A stretch of DNA of 51,544 nt from Candidatus Bathyarchaeota archaeon (GTDB taxonomy: Archaea > Thermoproteota > Bathyarchaeia > Bathyarchaeales > Bathycorpusculaceae), in assembly GCA_963770935.1 (NCBI GenBank), contig CAVYRJ010000013.1:1-51544 (forward strand), given 5' to 3'. Under the pieces are notes generated by a model that saw only the letters and a program-made list of their open reading frames with translations, was not told the DNA's origin and searched no databases. Position numbers and translations under genes: made by a program. This document shows positions 8,996 through 17,801 of the stretch, piece after piece. Numbering within the stretch: position 1 is the stretch's first letter; each line of letters begins with the position of its first letter.

Positions 8996-9487
8996 TTATG
9001 TTGCTTGACAGGATTTAGAAGTGCATTCGTAAATAGCGGGGAGTAGATGAAAAAGAACTATACTTCCAATCATATTGTTAGACGAGTCAAAAGGAAAACT
9101 GCCTCTGAGCCTTTCCTAAGTTCAGTATAGTCTTGTTTGACTTTAATCAGCTAAATTTAGAACCAAGAATTTGAATAAGTCAATTTAACATTCAATATTG
9201 TATCGTGAGAGAGCTGTTTTGGCAAAATATAAGTATAAAATACACTGAAGAGCAATTGAATTGAAAGAAGCTGCCGGTATAGAACCTGCTAAACAAGACT
9301 ACTCTACTGACGTGAACGACCCGTAAACAACAAATATAAAAAAGGGTCCATTGAAAACAGACAAACTCGTTATTTCATTCGTTCAAAATAAGTAGTTTAA
9401 TCTTGAATTGACTACAAGTTATAAGCACAACCTGCAAAGCGATCAGTGCAAATTCTCACAAACTCAAAAAAAGAGGAGGTGAAAAAA

Positions 9488-11221
9488 ATGAATATAGAAA
9501 AACGCAAGACTTTGTTTGTTATAGTACTTGTGCTTGCTTTAGTTGCTTCTTATGCTTACCCTGCTTTCTCAAACAGCCCGAAGGGTTATTCAAAAGATGA
9601 ACCAGAAACAAAAAACGTAATCATGCTTGTACCAGACGGATGCTCTTTAAGTGTACAAACAATAGCTCGTTGGCTCAAAGGCGGACTCTACTTAGACAGC
9701 ATGCAGAAAGGATCTGTTTCAACATGGGCAGCTGATTCCGTCATAACCGATTCAGCATCAGCAGCCACAGCCTTTGCAACTGGTCACAAAACTGATGACA
9801 AATTCATAAGCGTTGGTCCAAAAAATACGCCTGTCCTAACAGGTTTCACGCCGACAGCGCAACCATATGTTCCTTTAGCGACAGTACTTGAAGGCGCTAA
9901 ATTAGAAGGAAAAGCAACTGGTTTAGTTGCTACAAGCACCGTGTCACATGCAACCCCAGCAAGTTTCGGAGCACACACTCCACTGCGTGACAAGGAAACT
10001 GAAATAACAAAACAACTTGTCTATCAGGATATTGACGTGGTTTTCGGTGGAGGCTTCCAAAATCTAATTGGCAACACCGAAACCTACACAACCAGTTTCG
10101 GAGCAACATGGGCTGGTGTTCGTGATGACGGACAAAATCTATACAAGGAGCTGCTTGACCGAGAATATCAATTCGTTGACAGCAGAAGCGGAATGCTCTC
10201 TTTGAGTTCTGGCAAAGCGTGGGGTCTTTTCGCAACAGGTTTGGGAATGGCAGCGGACATCAACCGACAATATTTGGCACCTACACAACCGTCTCTTGCA
10301 GAGATGACCTCTAAAGCTATAGAACTACTATCTCAAGACAAAGACGGTTTCTTCCTTATGGTTGAGGGAAGCCAAGTAGACTGGGGTAACCATTTCTGCG
10401 ACGTAGCTTGGTCAGTAGGTGACTTCATAGCTTTCGATGAGGCAGTTGGTGTCGCCCTTAATTTTGCACAAAACGATGGAAAAACACTCGTAATGGCATT
10501 TCCAGACCATAACACTGGCGGTTTAACACTTGGAAACTACTATCAAGCTACAAACAATATTGGACATGTATACACTAGCACAACATTAGAAGATGTTCTT
10601 AATCCACTTAAAGGAATGAAAATCACAGCAGCAGCATTGACAAATAGCAAACTTGTAGGAGTTACAGATAACACTGCCATCAAAGCCATATTCAAGGAAT
10701 GGTGGAGCCTAGACATAACTGACACGGACATTGCAGCAATGAAAACTGGCAGGCACTATACCGGCACTATATCCAACTATACTAAAGTTGGTGAATACAT
10801 TGACAAGACTTACACAGTCTTCGGATGGACAACTGCTGGGCACACTGGTGATGACGTGCCACTGTGGTCATATGGACCTGAACATGATACTCCAAATGGG
10901 CATTATGACAACACCGAACTTGCCAAAATTACTGCTGAAACTTTAGATTTCAGATTATCTGATATTCAAAAAAAGTTATACGTGAAAGTCTCTGATGTGT
11001 TCAAATCAAGCGAATGGAAAGTTGACTTAACAGACAGCAAAAACCCCGTGTTGGAGATTAACTACCGCGGAAAAATAGCCACTTTACCTACGAGCAAAGA
11101 CCAACTGACAATAGAATGGAAATGGTGGTCTAGGACATATCTCCTTGATGGAATTGTTATCTACTGTCCTGACATAAGCGAGGTTTACATACCAAGAGAA
11201 GCAGTCAATATGATAAAATAG
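9488..11221 (+). CDS. phoA: alkaline phosphatase, secreted or membrane-tethered
   Basis: NVIMLVPDG, TDSASAATA (catalytic Ser), HATPASF, FFLMVEGSQVDWGNH, PDHNTGG, GHTGDDV; GAGGAGGTG RBS before ATG 9488. Confidence 0.92.
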   Translation: MNIEKRKTLFVIVLVLALVASYAYPAFSNSPKGYSKDEPETKNVIMLVPDGCSLSVQTIARWLKGGLYLDSMQKGSVSTWAADSVITDSASAATAFATGHKTDDKFISVGPKNTPVLTGFTPTAQPYVPLATVLEGAKLEGKATGLVATSTVSHATPASFGAHTPLRDKETEITKQLVYQDIDVVFGGGFQNLIGNTETYTTSFGATWAGVRDDGQNLYKELLDREYQFVDSRSGMLSLSSGKAWGLFATGLGMAADINRQYLAPTQPSLAEMTSKAIELLSQDKDGFFLMVEGSQVDWGNHFCDVAWSVGDFIAFDEAVGVALNFAQNDGKTLVMAFPDHNTGGLTLGNYYQATNNIGHVYTSTTLEDVLNPLKGMKITAAALTNSKLVGVTDNTAIKAIFKEWWSLDITDTDIAAMKTGRHYTGTISNYTKVGEYIDKTYTVFGWTTAGHTGDDVPLWSYGPEHDTPNGHYDNTELAKITAETLDFRLSDIQKKLYVKVSDVFKSSEWKVDLTDSKNPVLEINYRGKIATLPTSKDQLTIEWKWWSRTYLLDGIVIYCPDISEVYIPREAVNMIK

Positions 11222-11436
11222 AGAAAATCATTTTTTCTCTCTTTTTTGTATAGGAATTAAAATTCTAATTAACACAATTCGGTCCTGATATGCCTCTGTT
11301 ACATGATTATGAGTTTTTACTTGCGCCTGATTAAACATAGGAGAAGTGAGCAACGGTTTTGTCAGAATGCAAGCAACCCAAACATTTATTCCTCCTACAT
11401 AACTTGGCAAATCATAATTGTCTTTTCCGCTTTTTT

Positions 11437-12030
11437 AGTTAAAAGGGTGACAAGTTTTATTCGCATATTGCAGAGAGACGGTTATGCGTTTTCTGCTTAG
11501 ACTGCTTCTTATTTCATTGTTTATTCTTGTGTTTCCTCTTCCTTTGCTTGCGTGCCAAACGAGTTATTTTCCAATTAATAGGTTTCCTCTTATTATCTGA
11601 GGGTTGCTTGTTAGTATGTAGAATGGCATTTTTGTTTGTGAAGTATAAGTTCAGCGATGAAGTTTAGGAATCGTTTGCCAACACCTATTCCTTGATAGTC
11701 AATGAGCACGACTAAACGACTGACTCGATAATATTTTGCTTTCATTCTTACGCATTCAACGGCTATGAAGGCTATTGGCTTGTCTTGGTAGACAGCAGTA
11801 TAGCATCTAACGCCTGCACCCAATTTTCCGTTTAGATAGTGATAGTTCCGAAACATCTTCCAGAGGTTTGGGCGCACCGATAGACTTGGAATTCAACGGG
11901 CGGCCGACTTCTTTTTTTCGACTAAACTCCATCGTATCAGTGCAGAAAACCCAATCGGTATCTAAGCCAATCGACTACGTCATAGTGGCAGGTAGACGGC
12001 TATGAATTTCTTGGAGCTTCTACGAACTGC
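11437..12030 (-). pseudogene. truncated, frameshifted ABC-ATPase/GNAT acetyltransferase gene
   Basis: CHYDVVDWL..DWVF (ATPase C-terminus), then LWKMFRNYHYL and RVSRLVVLIDYQGIGVGKRFL (acetyl-CoA motif); several frameshifts; 5' part missing. Confidence 0.75.
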
Positions 12031-12230
12031 GATTTACAAAATTTTATAGTTAGTCTTAGTTTGCTAATTACTTACGTTTAAAAGTTAGAAAGTGCAGGGT
12101 TTCTGAGACAACTATTGTGGAAAGGAACCTTTGTGACCAAAAAACATGTCGAATTCGGGGAAATACCTTAAATCTCAGTCTAAAGCATTGTATCAAAGTT
12201 CAAAAAATCGCTACTTAATGGTATGGTTGT

Positions 12231-13349
12231 ATGGCTGAAAAACGAGATTATTACGAGGTTCTTGGGGTGCAGAAAGGCGCTTCCAAGGATGAAATCAAGG
12301 ATGCTTACAGAAAACTCGCCATGCAGTTCCATCCTGACCGTAACAAGGATTTGGGCGCAGAAGAGAAATTCAAAGAAATTAGCGAAGCGTATGCTGTGCT
12401 TTCTGACGACCAAAAACGTCAAACATACGACAACCTTGGACATCAAGGCTTTGACCAACGTTACACCTCAGAAGACATTTTCCGCGGCGCAGACTTTGAT
12501 TCAGTTTTCCGCGACATGGGATTTGGCGATATATTCCGTAGCATTTTTGGAGGCGGAGGATTCGGCGGATTCGCAGAGGAACGTAGTCGAGGACAAGACC
12601 TCGCCTACAACCTTGAAATATCCCTTGAAGAGGCAGCTCGGGGAACAGAAAAAGAAATCGAAATCCCAAGAACAGAACAATGTCAAGTCTGTGGCGGTTC
12701 AGGAGCAAACCCAGGCACATCAGCCAAAACTTGCCCAAGATGCGGAGGCGCAGGAAAAATCCAGAACATGCGCAAGGCAGGTTTTGCCACATACGTACAG
12801 GTTACGCCTTGCCCAACATGCAAAGGAAAAGGCAAAATTATCGATTCTCCATGCATCAATTGCCATGGCTCAGGATTGGTTAGGCAACGACGCAAAATCA
12901 CCGTTAAAATCCCCATGGGCATAGATGAAGGCTTCCAACTGAGGTTGCGAGGTGAAGGCGAAATGACAACTAACGACGGTGAGCCTGGCGATCTTTATGT
13001 TGTCGTTCATGTTAGACAAAACCCTCAGTTCATCAGGGAAGGAGATGACCTCTGGCACGTAGCCATTATTACTTATCCTCAAGCGGCACTTGGCGCAGAA
13101 ATTTCGGTACCTACCCTTGAGGGAACAACAACCATTAAAGCGCATCCGGGAACACAGGTTGGCGAAACTATAACGCTCAAAGGAAAAGGCATGCCAAGGT
13201 TCCGAAGCTACGGCAGAGGAGATTTGCATGTGCGAATAGGCGTTTCGGTTCCAGAAAAACTCACCGCACAACAGAGAACTCTTTTGGAGCAGTTGTCTAA
13301 GGAGTTTGGCGGGGACGTGCAATCGAAAAATCGCAAATTCCGCCTATAA
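12231..13349 (+). CDS. dnaJ: molecular chaperone DnaJ
   Basis: J-domain with HPD, G/F region, four CxxCxGxG repeats. Confidence 0.97.
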   Translation: MAEKRDYYEVLGVQKGASKDEIKDAYRKLAMQFHPDRNKDLGAEEKFKEISEAYAVLSDDQKRQTYDNLGHQGFDQRYTSEDIFRGADFDSVFRDMGFGDIFRSIFGGGGFGGFAEERSRGQDLAYNLEISLEEAARGTEKEIEIPRTEQCQVCGGSGANPGTSAKTCPRCGGAGKIQNMRKAGFATYVQVTPCPTCKGKGKIIDSPCINCHGSGLVRQRRKITVKIPMGIDEGFQLRLRGEGEMTTNDGEPGDLYVVVHVRQNPQFIREGDDLWHVAIITYPQAALGAEISVPTLEGTTTIKAHPGTQVGETITLKGKGMPRFRSYGRGDLHVRIGVSVPEKLTAQQRTLLEQLSKEFGGDVQSKNRKFRL

Positions 13350-13399
13350 AGTGGTGATTGCAGAGTTTGCGTTAGAACAAATTTTTAGATACAGTTCTC

Positions 13400-13640
13400 A
13401 TCTGCACAGTTGTTTTTTAATTCTTTAAACTGTTGCTCACAGATGCACTCTCTGGATTCGCCATCATCATATCCTGCAATGTAATGCTCTGGTAATTTGA
13501 CTGGCATAAGTAAACCATTTCTTCGACTACGACTGGCTCAAAGCACTCGCGATAAGAATAATCGCGGCAATCTCAGCTTTAATAATCCTGTTAATCATAA
13601 CCCTAACACAAGCGTTGGTAGAATCAGAGCAGGCTGGATT
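13400..13640 (+). pseudogene. possible decayed small membrane protein gene
   Basis: hydrophobic fragments in shifted frames (LLTDALSGFAIII; HFFDYDWLKALAIRIIAAISALIILLIITL). Confidence 0.3.
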
Positions 13641-13864
13641 CCCACCGAAAACCCATTCAAAATCACCACTATCTTTTGTTATATGACACCCTTTTGAAAC
13701 AAATTAACAAAACTCCGGACCCTCTAAAACTAATGTTGCAAAAGTTAAGGTTTTACTCAATAGCCTTCATTTATAAAAGTAAACAGGCAATTTTTGAAGT
13801 AGAATCCAGATTTAAAGCTTAAGAAAAGTTACTATAATAAAAAAAAAAAAAGAAGAAAGGTTGT

Positions 13865-15823
13865 TTATTTGGTAAAGTGTTTTCGAAGTTCAGCGTATGT
13901 TGCTTTGATGTCTTCGATTGAGCCTTCGTCTTCGATTGTGGATGTGTCGCCTAGAGGTGCACCGGTCAGGACTGCTTTAAGAAGTCTTCGCATGATTTTG
14001 CCGCTTCGTGTTTTTGGTAGCTTGTTAACGATGATAACGGCATCTGGGGTAGCAATTGGTCCAATGGCGGTTCGGACGTGTTTGATGAGTTCTACTCGAA
14101 GTTCGTCTGATGCTACAAATCCGCCTCGCAATACTACGAATGCTACTGGAACTTCGCCTTTAACCGCGTCTTCTTTGCCCATAACTGCTGCTTCAGAGAC
14201 TGCTGGATGAGACACAAGTGCGCTTTCTATTTCTACGGTGCCAATTCTGTGTCCTGCTACTTTTAGGACTTCGTCTGCTCTGCCAAGGAGCCAGAAGTAA
14301 CCGTCTTGGTCGCGGATTGCGTAGTCACCTGAGATGTAAATGCCTGGCCACCTGCCGAAGTAGGCTGATTTGAAGCGGTCTGGGTCTTTCCAGAGGGTCT
14401 GCAACATTCCTGGCCACGGAGACTTGATTACTAAGACGCCTTTGTTTTCGTTTGGCAGTGGTTGTCCTTTTTCATCGAAGATGTCTATGTTTACTCCTGG
14501 CATTGGAAGAGTTGCGCTGCCTGGTTTGAGCGGTGTCAGCTCTAAGCCTGCGGTTGGGGATATCATGAATCCGCCTGTTTCTGTTTGCCACCAAGTATCA
14601 ATGATTGGTAGGCGTTCTTTGCCGATGACGCGGTAGTACCATTTCCATGCTTCAGGGTTAATTGGTTCACCAACTGAGCCGAGTAAGCGTAGGGTGCTAA
14701 GATCATGTTTGTTAACCCAGTCTTCGCCGAATTTCATGAACATTCGAACTGCTGTTGGGGTGCCATAGAGGATTGTGACCCCGTGCGTTTCAATCATCTG
14801 CCACCATCGGTCTTGTGCTGGGAAGTCAGGCGTGCCTTCGAAGAGAAAAGCGGTGATTCCGTGGCTAAGTGGCGCATAAACGTTGTAGGTGTGTCCGGTG
14901 ATCCAGCCGATGTCTGCAACGCACCAGTAGATATCTTCATCGTTGGGGTTAAAAGCCCATTTGAGGGTCCAGTAAGCCCAAACGAGATATCCGCCTATAC
15001 CGTGTTGTACGCCTTTTGGTTTGCCTGTGGTTCCTGAAGTGTAGAGGATAAAAAGCGGATCGGTTGCTTTCATGACTTCGGGCTCAACGTAAGCGTTTGC
15101 GCCTGCATTTGCAAGTGCATCACTATACCATACATCTCTACCTTCTTTCATTTGGATTGCTTGACCTGTCCGTTTAACTACTATGACTTTTTCAATGCCT
15201 GGCATGTTTGGTAGTCCGCGGTCTGCATTGTCTTTAATTGCGACTGGTTTTCCTCGGCGGAACGAGCCGTCGGCTGTAACAAGGATTTTTGCTCCACAGT
15301 CATTAACTCTGTCAGCTAATGCTTCAGCACTAAAGCCTGAAAATACTACAGCGTGGACACCTCCGATTCTAGCTGTAGCAAGTAAAGTTATCGGCAACTC
15401 TGGAATAACTGGCAGGAAAACTGCGACACGGTCACCTTTTTTAACACCAAAGTCTTTTAGTGCCTTGGCAAGTTTGTTTACTTCACGGTATAATTGGTAG
15501 TAGGTGTAAGTTTTTACTTCTCCCATTTCGCCTTCCCAAATGTAGGCGAGTTTGTTTTTACGTGCGGTTTTTATGTGTCTGTCTAATGCATTGTAGCAAA
15601 TATTGAGTTCTCCATCAGCAAACCATTTGTAGAACGGCGGGTTCGAATCATCCAGCACTTTAGTTGGAGATTTGAACCAGTCGATTGCTTTTGCTTTTTC
15701 TGCCCAGAACTCTTGAGGGTTTTTAATGGATTTTTCCCATTCTTGTTTGCGTATTTCTCCAGAAGAAACCTTTGCAATACTTGGACTATATCTTTCGTTG
15801 AAAGGTAAACTAGCTTCTGACAT
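13865..15823 (-). CDS. acs: acetate--CoA ligase (AMP-forming acetyl-CoA synthetase)
   Basis: YTSGTTGKPKG, DTWWQTETGG, PKTRSGKIMRR. Confidence 0.96.
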   Translation of the reverse strand: MSEASLPFNERYSPSIAKVSSGEIRKQEWEKSIKNPQEFWAEKAKAIDWFKSPTKVLDDSNPPFYKWFADGELNICYNALDRHIKTARKNKLAYIWEGEMGEVKTYTYYQLYREVNKLAKALKDFGVKKGDRVAVFLPVIPELPITLLATARIGGVHAVVFSGFSAEALADRVNDCGAKILVTADGSFRRGKPVAIKDNADRGLPNMPGIEKVIVVKRTGQAIQMKEGRDVWYSDALANAGANAYVEPEVMKATDPLFILYTSGTTGKPKGVQHGIGGYLVWAYWTLKWAFNPNDEDIYWCVADIGWITGHTYNVYAPLSHGITAFLFEGTPDFPAQDRWWQMIETHGVTILYGTPTAVRMFMKFGEDWVNKHDLSTLRLLGSVGEPINPEAWKWYYRVIGKERLPIIDTWWQTETGGFMISPTAGLELTPLKPGSATLPMPGVNIDIFDEKGQPLPNENKGVLVIKSPWPGMLQTLWKDPDRFKSAYFGRWPGIYISGDYAIRDQDGYFWLLGRADEVLKVAGHRIGTVEIESALVSHPAVSEAAVMGKEDAVKGEVPVAFVVLRGGFVASDELRVELIKHVRTAIGPIATPDAVIIVNKLPKTRSGKIMRRLLKAVLTGAPLGDTSTIEDEGSIEDIKATYAELRKHFTK

Positions 15824-16132
15824 GCTATCATTTCCTATAGATGCTGGGATGAGTAAACCCTAAAGAATATAAGTTTTGTGAAAACAAAAAAAGGATGCGG
15901 ATATTAGATTTTTTGTTTTATTGGGATATTGAGGTTGCATTGATTTTATATGGGCTTTGTTAGAACTTGGAAATTGAAGTTTGGATATACTAACAGTCAG
16001 GTGTTCGGATGATGAAAATCTTGAACGTTAAATAAGCTAAACAAATAGTTCCAAAAAGAATACTTGGATTTTTGAAGCGAAATGCATTTAATTATGTTCT
16101 ATCAGTGAGGAGAGCTATGAAGGGGTATCTTT

Positions 16133-17477
16133 ATGGATGAAAAAACAGCTGTAGAACCAAAAATAATGAACCGTTGGATTATCGTCATAGGCGGCATTCT
16201 AATTCAACTTGCATTAGGAGCAATTTATGCATGGTCTGCATTCACGACCCCTCTGCAAGGAACATCGACAACCCCTAGTCAATTTGCATTCACAAAAATA
16301 GAAACACAAGCAATCTTTAGCGCCGAACTTTTGGTCTTTGCAATCTTTACAATTATTGGTGGCAGACTGCAGGTTAAACATGGTCCAAAGAAAATTGCCG
16401 CAATAGGCGGTGTACTTCTAGGGGTGGGTTACGTTATGGCCAGTTTTACTGGTGCGAGTTTTATAGGCAAACTTATCTTCATCGGCGTTATAGCGGGCGC
16501 AGGAATAGGTTTAGCATACGTTGTTCCTATTGCTACAGGAGTAAAGTGGTTCCCTGATAAGAAGGGATTAGTCAGCGGGACTAGCTGTTGCGGGATTTGG
16601 ATTTGGCGCTTTCATTTGGATACTTATCGCCAACCCACCCAGTATCCTTGGATTTAGCGGACTAATCAGTAAACAACCTGGAGCATTCGCATATACTATC
16701 GCAAATGTTGACAGCGCATTTCTAATTTACGGTGTTGTGTTCCTTGTCCTTGTCCTGGCAGGTTCTCTTGTTATGAAGAATCCTCCTGTAGGTTGGAAAC
16801 TAGCCGGTTGGACCCCTCCACAAGCTCAGCCTGGCAAAAAACTTGGTTTTTCTCTAAAACCAAAAGAGATGCTAAAGTCAAAGAGTTTTTATCTGCTTTG
16901 GATGATGTTCCTTATCGGTGCACTGGCAGGGTTAATGGTGATTGGAAATGTTCAAAACTTCGCCAAGAGTCCCACCGATGGATTCACAATCAACGGCTTT
17001 AGTGTACAGGAAGCAATAGATTTTGCTGTAATCGGTGCGGCTGTTTGTTTGCCAATTTTCAATGGTGCAGGCAGAATTATTTGGGGGCAAGTTTCAGATA
17101 GAGTAGGACGCAGCAAAGCCCTTATCGGTATGTTTGTGTTTCAAGCGGCTATGATGACAATTTTCTTCTTCACTACATCCAATCCCTACCTGTTCTACGT
17201 TATCGCCGCATTGATTGGATTTAACTTCGGAGGAAATTTTGCGCTATTCCCGGTTGCAACGGCTGATTCATTTGGCTCTGAAAACCTTGCGATAAACTAT
17301 GGCTTTATCTTTACTTCCTATGGAATAGGCGGAGTTATAGGTCCACTTCTTGCTGGCTTCGTGCAAGATGCCGGTTTGAGTTTTCTTTATGCTTTCATTC
17401 CCGCGGCAATCATGTGTGCTATCGCGGCGATACTGGGTTTAGTCTACCACAAAATCTGCCAAAAGAAAAGTATCTAG
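16133..17477 (+). CDS. OFA (oxalate:formate antiporter) family MFS transporter, split by a 1-nt insertion at ~16578
   Basis: GAIYAWS, KWFPDKKG; removing one G restores SGLAVAGFGFG and joins 16737..17477 (FNGAGRIIWGQVSDRVGR). Confidence 0.88.
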
Positions 17478-17487
17478 ACACACAAAA

Positions 17488-17525
17488 TGGGCGTACAATA
17501 ACACGCCCAACATTTATTTTTGTTC
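17488..17525 (+). terminator. hairpin plus T-tract after the OFA transporter
   Basis: TGGGCGT(17488-17494)/ACGCCCA(17503-17509) followed by TTTATTTTT. Confidence 0.5.
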
Positions 17526-17801
17526 ATTTTTTTAGTAAATTCATTCATATATCTTATCTTTCATGTTTTAAGTAATAAAAGATTGGAAGCCAAAAGCGGA
17601 TTGTTTATTTTGCGAGGCTGCTGAACTGGCCAAAGTTGCTTCGTTTAGACCCAAGAACTTTTTGGTTCTTTCAACCTTTTCCTAAACAGATTTTCCATTG
17701 TTTTTCTTACACTTTAGGGGCGCGGATTGATCTGAAAATTTCGTTTTTGTATATATCTATAGTGGCATAGTTATTGTTTGAAATCTTTGAGCCTTTTATC
17801 C

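Noticed and set aside
12223-12924. 233-aa ORF overlapping dnaJ, and similar shadow ORFs over acs, the ATPase, por genes and DUF373
   Set aside because: Alternate-frame or antisense shadows of well-supported genes.
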